From Pseudomonadota bacterium (lineage in GTDB: Bacteria > UBA10199 > 2-02-FULL-44-16 > JAAZCA01), in NCBI GenBank assembly GCA_043798915.1, contig JAZDOG010000002.1, positions 712 through 64,711 on the forward strand: a stretch of 64,000 nt of DNA, read 5' to 3'. Made by a program: the position numbers and the translations under genes. Positions 40,763 to 48,960 of the stretch are shown here, in pieces. Each line of letters starts with the position of its first letter. Position 1 is the first letter of the stretch. The notes under the pieces were generated by a model. That model saw only the letters and a list, made by a program, of their open reading frames with translations, ran no database searches and had not been told where the DNA came from.

Positions 40763-40807
40763 GTTCAATTAATGAACGTTCAAGAATTGAACGCTCAAAG
40801 TATGAGC
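40763..40807. promoter_or_regulatory. Three head-to-tail 15-bp operator-like palindromes
   Basis: GTTCAattaaTGAAC, GTTCAagaatTGAAC, GCTCAaagtaTGAGC. Confidence 0.75.
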
Positions 40808-40878
40808 GTTTCTAGTATCTCAGTCACATTTGGTCAAGGAGAAAATCGAATTTCTTGGAAGATAAATACGATATAAAT

Positions 40879-41415
40879 TCAATCAGTTAGACGCTCTACA
40901 TCCGCTGCGGAAAGTTCACAGCGGACCTGGTGACGCATGATCTTTAAAAGGACCTTAACACGTCCGGCGGCAGATACCGGCTTCTCAAGGATACCCACAA
41001 GATCGCGGAAAACACCGCTTCGGACTCGTACGGAATCGCCCTTCTTCATCGTCAGTTGCTGCTCGATGACGCCGTCCCCGTCCATGCGCGATCTGATGAT
41101 TTCGATCATCTCGTCCGGGACCGGCGTAGGAACGATGCCGTCGCCCAGGATGCGGCGCACGCCGCGCGTGTATTTGATCATCCTGTAGAGATTCGCGTCC
41201 CTCAGGTCGAGATGTGCAAACAGGTAGGAGGGGAACAGCGATCTGACGCGCGACATCGGCTTTTTGCTGCTGCGCACCATCGACCTGATTCGCGGAAGGA
41301 AGGTTTCGAACCGCGCGTTCTTGAGGTGCTGTTCGACTATCGCCTCGACCGTCGGTTTTGTCTGGATTACATACCATAAGACCCGTTGGTCTTTGTCATT
41401 GCTGATCTTTGGCAT
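40879..41415 (-). CDS. rfaH: NusG paralogue antiterminator (RfaH/UpxY-like)
   Basis: NGN domain WYVIQTKP...LFPSYLF...TRGVRRIL; KOW domain GDSVRVRSGVF. Confidence 0.85.
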   Translation of the reverse strand: MPKISNDKDQRVLWYVIQTKPTVEAIVEQHLKNARFETFLPRIRSMVRSSKKPMSRVRSLFPSYLFAHLDLRDANLYRMIKYTRGVRRILGDGIVPTPVPDEMIEIIRSRMDGDGVIEQQLTMKKGDSVRVRSGVFRDLVGILEKPVSAAGRVKVLLKIMRHQVRCELSAADVERLTD

Positions 41416-41431
41416 AATAGCGAACAGACAT

Positions 41432-41467
41432 CCCTCACCCTGACCCTCTCCCTACAAGGGAGAGGGG
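41432..41467. repeat. BoxC-like palindromic element at the ugd 3' end
   Basis: CCCTCACCCTGA-CCCTCTCCCT-ACA-AGGGAGAGGG; contains the ugd stop codon. Confidence 0.75.
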
Positions 41468-42804
41468 ATCGATGGGCGGCCAACGCCCGCATATGTGAAT
41501 CCGGCGGAGCGCATCGCCTCCGGATCATATAGATTCCGCCCGTCGAAGATCACCGGGGTCTTCATGAGAGATTTCATCCGCACAAAGTCCGGCGAGCGGA
41601 ATTCGCGCCACTCGGTGCAGATCACAAGCGCCTCCGCACCCTCGATGGAATCGTAGATGCCCTTTGCCCAGCAGACATCCTTCGCCCTGCTGCCGACCGC
41701 TGCCTTGCCCGTCTCCATAGCCACTGGATCGAATGCCGCGACCCACGCGCCTGCCTCGGAGAGGCGCTCGATGAGATAGAGTGCCGGCGCAAACCGGACG
41801 TCATCGGTGTTCGCCTTGAACGCAACGCCCCAGATGGCGATGCGTTTGTCTTTGAACCCGCTGTGACCGCCGAAATGTGCGGCGATTTTACCCCAGAACC
41901 AGGCGCACTGCACGCCATTGGCACGATCGGCTGCCTCAATGACAGTCATGTGAGAGCCGTACTCCTTGCCGAGCTCGATGATCGCCTTCGTATCCTTGGG
42001 AAAACAGGAACCGCCATAACCCAAACCCGCATAGAGAAAGTCGGGGCCGATGCGCGGGTCGCTGCCAAGACCGCGCTGGATATCAGCGATGTCCGCCCCC
42101 ACCATCTCGCAGAGCCTGGCTGCCTCGTTCATGAAGGAAATGCGCGTCGCAAGCATCGCGTTTGCAGCGTACTTTGCAAGTTCGGCGGAGGGAATGCTCA
42201 TCTTGAAGAAGCGGTCCTGCCGGCGCATGAAGGGTCGGTAGAGCTCATGCAGCTTTTCACCAGCGATAGCATCTTCCACACCAACGATGACGCGGTCGGG
42301 CTTCATGAAGTCCTCGACGGCGCTGCCCTCTTTGGGGAACTCCGGGTTGGAGGCAACGGAGACCATTGCAGTATCGAGATTTCGCTCCCTCAGCCGCTCC
42401 GTAAGCGCATCTTTCACTCGCCCCGTCGTCCCCACCGGGACCGTGCTCTTGGTGACTACAGTCACAGGATGATCGATGATATCGCCGAGTTGCTCGGCGA
42501 CGGCCAGGACGTTGGTAAGGTCGGCACGGCCGTCGCTGCCCGGAGGCGTATCGACCGTGATGAAGCAGATATCGGCATTCCCAAGGCCTTCCCGAAGATC
42601 CGTCGTGAAGGCGAGCCGGCCATCCTGGATATTGCGGCGGACGACGTCTTCAAGCCCCGGTTCATAGATCGGGATGTGATGCTTCTTCAAGGCCGCAATC
42701 TTGGCGGCGTCTTTGTCGACGCAGATGACGTCGTTGCCCACGTCGGCGAGGCATGCGCCGCTCACAAGCCCCACGTAACCAGTTCCAACCACACAGAGCT
42801 TCAT
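41452..42804 (-). CDS. ugd: UDP-glucose 6-dehydrogenase
   Basis: VGTGYVGL, KSTVPVGT, ELAKYAANAMLATRISFMNE, GYGGSCFPKD, FDGRNLY. Confidence 0.93.
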   Translation of the reverse strand: MKLCVVGTGYVGLVSGACLADVGNDVICVDKDAAKIAALKKHHIPIYEPGLEDVVRRNIQDGRLAFTTDLREGLGNADICFITVDTPPGSDGRADLTNVLAVAEQLGDIIDHPVTVVTKSTVPVGTTGRVKDALTERLRERNLDTAMVSVASNPEFPKEGSAVEDFMKPDRVIVGVEDAIAGEKLHELYRPFMRRQDRFFKMSIPSAELAKYAANAMLATRISFMNEAARLCEMVGADIADIQRGLGSDPRIGPDFLYAGLGYGGSCFPKDTKAIIELGKEYGSHMTVIEAADRANGVQCAWFWGKIAAHFGGHSGFKDKRIAIWGVAFKANTDDVRFAPALYLIERLSEAGAWVAAFDPVAMETGKAAVGSRAKDVCWAKGIYDSIEGAEALVICTEWREFRSPDFVRMKSLMKTPVIFDGRNLYDPEAMRSAGFTYAGVGRPSIPSPL

Positions 42805-42942
42805 GGCACCCCTTTCAGAAAGAGAGATGACTATTATAGATGGAAGGCTCGAAATCAATATGATTCACATATTTACAAACAAAATCAATGTGATAGTATT
42901 AGTATCCGTTAAAAACAACCTAATCAACCACGGGAGGGGGAA

Positions 42943-43194
42943 ATGGAAAAGGAGATCGGGTTCGTAGAGCACTTCTTCGGCCATTTGAGCGTCGCCGCAA
43001 TCAAGATCACCGGGGGGACGCTGAAGGTCGGCGACACGGTTCACATCAAGGGGCACACCACCGACTTCACCGAGAAGATCGTGTCGATGCAGATCGACAA
43101 CAAGGACATCCAGGAGGCCAAGGCCGGCGACGACATCGGCGTGAAGATGGTCGGCAAGTGCCGCGAGCACGACAAGGTCTATCTGGCTGAGTAA
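42943..43194 (+). CDS. Small EF-Tu domain II / U32 C-terminal-like beta-barrel protein
   Basis: IGFVEHFFGHLSVAAI...LKVGDTVHIKGHTTDF...SMQI...A..GDDIG; RBS GGAGG. Confidence 0.75.
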   Translation: MEKEIGFVEHFFGHLSVAAIKITGGTLKVGDTVHIKGHTTDFTEKIVSMQIDNKDIQEAKAGDDIGVKMVGKCREHDKVYLAE

Positions 43195-43198
43195 AACA

Positions 43199-43226
43199 AA
43201 TGGCGCTCCTTTTCAGAAGCGCCATT
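43199..43226. terminator. Probable intrinsic terminator between the convergent ORF and tRNA
   Basis: Stem AATGGCGCT/AGCGCCATT; T-rich tail on the - strand. Confidence 0.6.
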
Positions 43227-43230
43227 CTTG

Positions 43231-43303
<73 letters not shown>

Positions 43304-43327
43304 ACAAGGGCACCGTGCCTAGCTAAT

Positions 43328-44164
43328 TCACCGACAATTGGCAAGGGCTTTGTATCTCTTCAGAAATATTGCCGCGTCCATATCATCCCTGATGCCCAGC
43401 CTCGTCAGCGCAAAGTCGTATCTGACCGGATCATCGGGCGAGACGGAGGCGAAGGCCGCTGTAATCTCGAGGGCCGTCCGCATGTCCGCGGCCTTTCTGC
43501 GCGTCAGCCCCATCGCCCGCCCTATCCTGTGCATGTGCGTGTCGAGAGGGACGATGAGTTTGGAAGCGGGCACGCCGGCCCATCCGCCAGGGTCCACCTC
43601 ATCGCGCCTCACCATCCACCTCAAGAAAAGGTTGAGCCTCTTGCACGCGCTCCCCAACCCGGGCAAGGGCAAAAGGCTCATCTTCCTTCCGCCGGAGAGC
43701 TCGGCCGCAAACCGGGAAAGCGCCGGCAGGACCGTCGGATCATCCTTCTTGAAACCGGCAGCAAAACATCCATGAAGCGAACCGTGTTTTGCGATCGCCG
43801 CCTTCGCACCGACGAGCATCCTGGAAAGTTCCCCGCCGGTCGTGAAGCGATGTTTGAACCCGGCAAACGCCCTGCCGATCTCCTTCTCCGTCGATTCCTT
43901 CACGAAGCCGCAGGGCGATGGCGACATGCGCGAAAGGACTGCCGAAACGCTCTTGAGTATCTGCCTCACCCTCCCGTAAGCCAGGGATGATGCGACGAGC
44001 GCCGCGATCTCCCTGTCATGAAGGTCGCCATAATCGTAGAGAAATTCCAGCGGGTCGGGATGGACCAGCTCACGCCTGTTGCAGGTCTGATAGAGCTCCT
44101 CGAGTGCTTCTTTTTTGACGCGCATGGGCATCGAACTCAACCTTTTTAGAGGAATTTCAGGCAT
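43328..44164 (-). CDS. TIGR02757/DUF2400 family protein
   Basis: PDPLEFL, DREIAAL...LAYG, SACKRLNLFLRWMVR, VPLDTH, DPVRYDFAL. Start uncertain. Confidence 0.85.
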   Translation of the reverse strand: MPEIPLKRLSSMPMRVKKEALEELYQTCNRRELVHPDPLEFLYDYGDLHDREIAALVASSLAYGRVRQILKSVSAVLSRMSPSPCGFVKESTEKEIGRAFAGFKHRFTTGGELSRMLVGAKAAIAKHGSLHGCFAAGFKKDDPTVLPALSRFAAELSGGRKMSLLPLPGLGSACKRLNLFLRWMVRRDEVDPGGWAGVPASKLIVPLDTHMHRIGRAMGLTRRKAADMRTALEITAAFASVSPDDPVRYDFALTRLGIRDDMDAAIFLKRYKALANCR

Positions 44165-45495
44165 TCGCTGACTGTCGACACGCCAAAGACTTCCATTTTA
44201 GTTGGAACCTTGGATTTGAGGTTCGATTTGGGAACGATCGCGCGGCGGAAGCCCATCTTCCCGGCCTCTTTGATCCTCATCTCGACGCCCATCACGGCGC
44301 GGATCTCGCCGGCCAGCCCAACCTCGCCTATGACGACCGTCTCGTGATCGAGAGGCCGGTTTCTGAAGCTCGAATCTATCGCGGCGACTACACCAAGATC
44401 GGCCGCGGGCTCGGTTATCCTGATCCCGCCGGCAACGTTGACGAAGATGTCCTGCCCCTTGAGCTCGAGCCCCTCGATCTTCTCGAGCACCGCGACGAGG
44501 AGCGCCACGCGTCCGCCGTCGACGCCTATCGCCGTGCGGCGCGGGGTGCCGAAGCCGGACGACGTCACCAGCGCCTGAAGCTCCAGGAGTACCGGCCGCG
44601 AACCCTCGAGCGATGCGACGACCACCGACCCGGCGACCGATTGCGGCTTCTCCGCGAGGAATATGCCGGATGGGTTCGGGACCTCCTTGAGGCCGGCGCC
44701 GGTCATCTCGAAGACGCCGATCTCATTGGTGGAGCCGAAGCGGTTCTTCATCGTGCGCAGTATCCTGAATGCGTGCCCGCGCTCGCCCTCGAAATAGAGG
44801 ACGGTGTCCACCATGTGCTCGAGAACCTTGGGGCCGGCTATCGCGCCGTCCTTCGTAACGTGCCCGACGAGGAACATGGCGGTGCCGCTGGCCTTGGCCA
44901 GCGAGATGAGTTTTCCCGCGGACTCGCGCACCTGCCCGATCGTGCCGGGCGCGGAGGGAAGGTCGTTCGTGTACATCGTCTGGATCGAGTCGATCGCGAC
45001 GACGGGCGGCTTCATCTGCCGGATGTGCTCGGAGATCCGCTCGACGCAATTCTCGGTGAGGACTATGAGTCCCTTCGCGAGCGCGCCCATCCTGTCCGCG
45101 CGCAACCTCACCTGTGACGCGCTCTCCTCGCCCGTGACGTAGAGGACCGGCCGGCCGGTCGCCGCGAGCTTCGCGAGCGCCTGCATGACGATCGTCGATT
45201 TGCCAATCCCGGGATCGCCGCCGATGAGCGCCACGCCGCCGGGGACATAGCCGCTGCCCAGCACCCGGTCGAGTTCCGCTATTCCGGTCGGGACGTGCAC
45301 ACCTGAATCCCCGTCAATCTCGGTGATCGGACATGGGCGGGATGAGTTCTCCGCGATCGGCTCTCGCCGAGGTGCGGTCTCGGTCATCTCCTCGGCGTAT
45401 GTGTTCCATTGCCCGCAATCTGGACAGCGCCCAATCCAGCGCGGCTGTTGCGCCCCGCAATTCTGGCAGGAGAATATCGTGTGCTGTTTGGCCAT
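44146..45495 (-). CDS. radA: DNA repair protein RadA/Sms
   Basis: CxxC...CxxC zinc finger, GDPGIGKST, KNRFG, Lon-like C-terminus. Confidence 0.96.
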   Translation of the reverse strand: MAKQHTIFSCQNCGAQQPRWIGRCPDCGQWNTYAEEMTETAPRREPIAENSSRPCPITEIDGDSGVHVPTGIAELDRVLGSGYVPGGVALIGGDPGIGKSTIVMQALAKLAATGRPVLYVTGEESASQVRLRADRMGALAKGLIVLTENCVERISEHIRQMKPPVVAIDSIQTMYTNDLPSAPGTIGQVRESAGKLISLAKASGTAMFLVGHVTKDGAIAGPKVLEHMVDTVLYFEGERGHAFRILRTMKNRFGSTNEIGVFEMTGAGLKEVPNPSGIFLAEKPQSVAGSVVVASLEGSRPVLLELQALVTSSGFGTPRRTAIGVDGGRVALLVAVLEKIEGLELKGQDIFVNVAGGIRITEPAADLGVVAAIDSSFRNRPLDHETVVIGEVGLAGEIRAVMGVEMRIKEAGKMGFRRAIVPKSNLKSKVPTKMEVFGVSTVSECLKFL

Positions 45496-45675
45496 CGCAT
45501 CGATAGAGCAGCCACGGCGCTATTTGTCAATGCACAGGCTTGCAGCAGCGCTGCATCATTTTGCTGCGCCAGTAATATCCGGCCAGTTGATTTCCAAGCA
45601 GATTTCGCTGGCACGCCATGTGCATACCAAAGGCGTTGTTTTTTGAACGGGGTTGAGCTATCAGTCCGCGCACAT

Positions 45676-46146
45676 ATGAATCGGATCATCACATTTTTCG
45701 CCACAGGCTGTTACGCAGGCAATATCCCCGTCGCACCTGGCACATGGGGGACCGTGGTCGGCCTCGCGCTCTATTGGCTCATCCGCACCCTGCCCGCCCC
45801 GGCATATGGAGCGACGGTCGTCGCCTTCATCGCGTTCGCCGTGTGGATATCCGATCAGGCTTCGAGGATATTCGGAGAAGAGGACCCGCAGCAGGTGGTG
45901 ATCGACGAGATCGCGGGCATCCTCGTCACGCTTGCTTTTCTTCACCCCAGCCTCAAGGTTGCAATGGCTGGCTTCGTCCTCTTCCGCCTCTTCGACATCA
46001 CCAAGCCCCCGCCGATCAGGTGGATCGAACGGCGTTTCGCCGGCGGCTTGGGTATAGTCTTCGACGACGTGGCGGCCGGCGTCTACGCGAATATCATGCT
46101 GCGTCTGCTCGTATTTTTGCTGCCTATGGCCGGCATAAAGTGGTGA
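45676..46146 (+). CDS. pgpA: Phosphatidylglycerophosphatase A
   Basis: APGTWGT, DPQQVVIDEIAG, FRLFDITKP, GIVFDDVAAG. Confidence 0.92.
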   Translation: MNRIITFFATGCYAGNIPVAPGTWGTVVGLALYWLIRTLPAPAYGATVVAFIAFAVWISDQASRIFGEEDPQQVVIDEIAGILVTLAFLHPSLKVAMAGFVLFRLFDITKPPPIRWIERRFAGGLGIVFDDVAAGVYANIMLRLLVFLLPMAGIKW

Positions 46147-46156
46147 AGCATATATA

Positions 46157-47278
46157 ATGAAGATAGAGATCATCACAACCGGCGACGAAGTGGTAAACGG
46201 CGTGATCGTCGACACGAACAGCGCACGGATCGCCGAGCGCTGCGCACAGATGGGCCACGAGGTCGCAAGGCACACATCCGTGGCCGATATTCTGGCGGAC
46301 ATCGGCGACGCGCTGAAGGGCGCCGCCGCCCGCGCAGACGCCGTGATCGTCAGCGGAGGCCTTGGGCCCACCGTCGACGACCTGACGCATACCCTCATAC
46401 CGGCTGGCGGCAAGGTCCTTCCGAACAAGGTGGGCACGGCGCCAGGAATACAGGTGAAGCTCGGCCGTGCGGAAGTTTTCTTTCTCCCGGGTGTCCCGAA
46501 GGAACTCTTCCAGATATTCGACGACTCGGTTCGCCCCTGGCTCGAAGGCCGCGCCGGTGAAGCGGTGTCGGAGCGCGTGCTCCGCTGCTTCGGACTGCCC
46601 GAGGCCACGATCGACGAGAGGCTTCAAGGCGTCGATCTCTGCGGCACGCGCCTGAGCTTCCGCGTCAAGTTCCCTGAAATCCTCCTCAAGGTCGTCGCGC
46701 GCGCGGGCAATCCTGCAGACGCAAAGCAGGCGACCTCGACGGCTGCGGCAAATATACGCGAGAGGCTGGGCGAAGTCGTCTATGCGGATGGCGAGACATC
46801 CCTTGCGGCGGTCGTGGGCGCCATGCTATGCGAGCGGAAGATGAAGATCGCAGTCGCGGAGTCCTGCACCGGCGGGCTCCTGTCGAGCACGATCACGGAT
46901 GTCTCCGGCTCAAGCGCCTGGTTCGAGCGCGGCATCGTCTCGTACAGCAACGTTTCCAAGGTGGAGCTCCTGGGAGTGACCGAAGAGATGCTGCGCGCAT
47001 TCGGGGCCGTTTCGCGCGAGACGGCGATGTCGATGGCCGAAGGGATAAAGAGAAAGAGCGGCGCGTCGATTGGCCTCGGCATCACGGGAATCGCCGGCCC
47101 CGGCGGAGGGACGCCGGAGAAACCGGTCGGCACAGTGCATATAGCGCTGGCGCATGAAGGCGGCACTGAGGAACGCGAGTTCCATTTCAACCGCGACCGC
47201 CTCTGGTTCAAGCAGATCGTGGCGGCGACCGCGCTGGATCTGGTGAGAAAACATCTGCTGGAGCGATTCGCATCATGA
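46157..47278 (+). CDS. cinA: CinA (MoCF-like domain plus PncC NMN deamidase), internally shortened
   Basis: GDEV...DTNS, GGLGPTVDDLT, LPGVP; AESCTGG, GAVS, TGIAGPGGG...KPVGTV. Confidence 0.9.
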   Translation: MKIEIITTGDEVVNGVIVDTNSARIAERCAQMGHEVARHTSVADILADIGDALKGAAARADAVIVSGGLGPTVDDLTHTLIPAGGKVLPNKVGTAPGIQVKLGRAEVFFLPGVPKELFQIFDDSVRPWLEGRAGEAVSERVLRCFGLPEATIDERLQGVDLCGTRLSFRVKFPEILLKVVARAGNPADAKQATSTAAANIRERLGEVVYADGETSLAAVVGAMLCERKMKIAVAESCTGGLLSSTITDVSGSSAWFERGIVSYSNVSKVELLGVTEEMLRAFGAVSRETAMSMAEGIKRKSGASIGLGITGIAGPGGGTPEKPVGTVHIALAHEGGTEEREFHFNRDRLWFKQIVAATALDLVRKHLLERFAS

Positions 47279-47850
47279 AACTGCGTTCATTCCTGGCGTT
47301 CGACATAAACGACGAGATGCGGGCCGAGCTCGCATCGATCATCGCCCTGCTCTCCCCCAAGGCGAAGGGCGTGCGATGGGTGAAGCCGGAGCTCATGCAC
47401 TGCACGCTCCGCTTCTTCGGCGACGTCGAGGAGGATATGCTCGTCGGCAACCTCTCTGAAGTGATCGAGCGGGAGATCAGGCATCAGACCCCGATACACC
47501 TCACGGGCCGCGGCGTGGGCGCCTTCCCCAACTGGCGCTATCCCCGCGTGCTCTGGGCCGGCCTCGCCGGCGAGACGGAGGCGATGATGAGCCTCCATGC
47601 AAAGCTTGCGGCCGCGTTCGAGGAATTCGATCTCCCGAAGGACAGGAGGGAATTCCGGCTCCATCTGACGCTCGGCCGCATGAAGTCCGCCCCCAGGGAC
47701 AGCGGCCCCCTCATGCAGCTGGTCGAGAAGCTAGCCGACCGCGAATTCGGAGAGCTCGACATCCGGACCTTGACTCTGTACAAGAGCGTGCTAACGAAGG
47801 AGGGCCCGATCTACACGGGGCTCAAGACTTTCAACCTTGGTGGAAAATAA
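47275..47850 (+). CDS. thpR: RNA 2',3'-cyclic phosphodiesterase
   Basis: Two HxT motifs (HCTLRF, HLTLGR), PRVLWAG. Confidence 0.9.
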   Translation: MKLRSFLAFDINDEMRAELASIIALLSPKAKGVRWVKPELMHCTLRFFGDVEEDMLVGNLSEVIEREIRHQTPIHLTGRGVGAFPNWRYPRVLWAGLAGETEAMMSLHAKLAAAFEEFDLPKDRREFRLHLTLGRMKSAPRDSGPLMQLVEKLADREFGELDIRTLTLYKSVLTKEGPIYTGLKTFNLGGK

Positions 47851-47861
47851 AGGAGCTATCC

Positions 47862-48944
47862 ATGAGCACCAACCAGCCGATGCCCGACAACAGAGAGAAA
47901 GCCCTGAGCCTCGCCGTCGCCTCGATCGAAAAACAGTTCGGCAAGGGATCGATCATGCGGCTGGACAAAAATCAGCCGCTGATCCTTGGCCTCGAGACCG
48001 TGCCCACCGGCTCCATCTCGCTCGACATAGCGCTCGGCGTCGGCGGCCTGCCACGCGGCAGGGTCATCGAGATATTCGGCCCCGAATCGTCGGGCAAAAC
48101 CACCATGGCGCTTCAGGTCGTGGCATCGGCACAGAAGCAGGGGAATATCGCCGCCTATGTGGACGCGGAGCATGCCCTTGATGTCGACTACGCCAGGAAG
48201 CTCGGCGTCAAAACCGAAGATCTCCTCATCAGCCAGCCAGATAGCGGAGAGCAGGCGCTCGAGATCGTCGACACGCTCGTGCGCTCCGGCGCCATCGGCG
48301 TGCTCGTGATCGATTCAGTGGCGGCGCTCGTTCCACGAGCGGAGCTCGAAGGCGAGATGGGCGACGCGCAGATGGGCGCGCAAGCGCGACTCATGAGCCA
48401 GGCGCTCAGGAAACTCACGGCGACGATAGCCCGGTCGCAGACGATGGTCATCTTCATCAATCAGATAAGGATGAAGATCGGCGTCATGTTCGGCAATCCG
48501 GAGACGACCACCGGCGGCAACGCGCTCAAGTTCTATTCCTCCGTGCGCCTCGACATCCGCCGCATCGCGCCGATCAAGGTCGGCGAGGATGTGGTAGGCT
48601 CCCGCACTCGCGTGAAGGTGGTCAAGAACAAGGTCGCCTCCCCGTTCAAACATGCGGAGTTCGACATCCTCTATGGCGAGGGGATCTCCCGCGAGGGCGA
48701 CGTGCTGGATCTCTCGGCTGACATGGGGCTCGTCGAAAAGAGCGGCGCGTGGTACACCTGCGGCGAAGACCGCATCGGCCAGGGCCGCGACAACGCGCGG
48801 ACCTACCTCAAGGAAAACCCGAAGCTCTTCGCCCGCCTCGAGAAGGCGATCCTCGAAAAGCACGGGATCGTGCGGATGGAAAAAAAGGCGGAGGCCCCAA
48901 AGCCTACACCGCCGCCAGCAGCGCCGACGAAGCCGGCGAAATAA
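47862..48944 (+). CDS. recA: Recombinase RecA
   Basis: [50 protein letters not shown]. Confidence 0.98.
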   Translation: MSTNQPMPDNREKALSLAVASIEKQFGKGSIMRLDKNQPLILGLETVPTGSISLDIALGVGGLPRGRVIEIFGPESSGKTTMALQVVASAQKQGNIAAYVDAEHALDVDYARKLGVKTEDLLISQPDSGEQALEIVDTLVRSGAIGVLVIDSVAALVPRAELEGEMGDAQMGAQARLMSQALRKLTATIARSQTMVIFINQIRMKIGVMFGNPETTTGGNALKFYSSVRLDIRRIAPIKVGEDVVGSRTRVKVVKNKVASPFKHAEFDILYGEGISREGDVLDLSADMGLVEKSGAWYTCGEDRIGQGRDNARTYLKENPKLFARLEKAILEKHGIVRMEKKAEAPKPTPPPAAPTKPAK

Positions 48945-48960
48945 TTGCGGCATCATTGAA

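Noticed and set aside
40763-40807. Mini-CRISPR or LexA-box interpretation of the tandem palindromes
   Set aside because: No spacers and no cas genes. The geometry is GTTC-N7-GAAC inverted, not GAAC-N4-GTTC or GTTC-N7-GTTC, and no such motif was noticed before radA or the recA operon.
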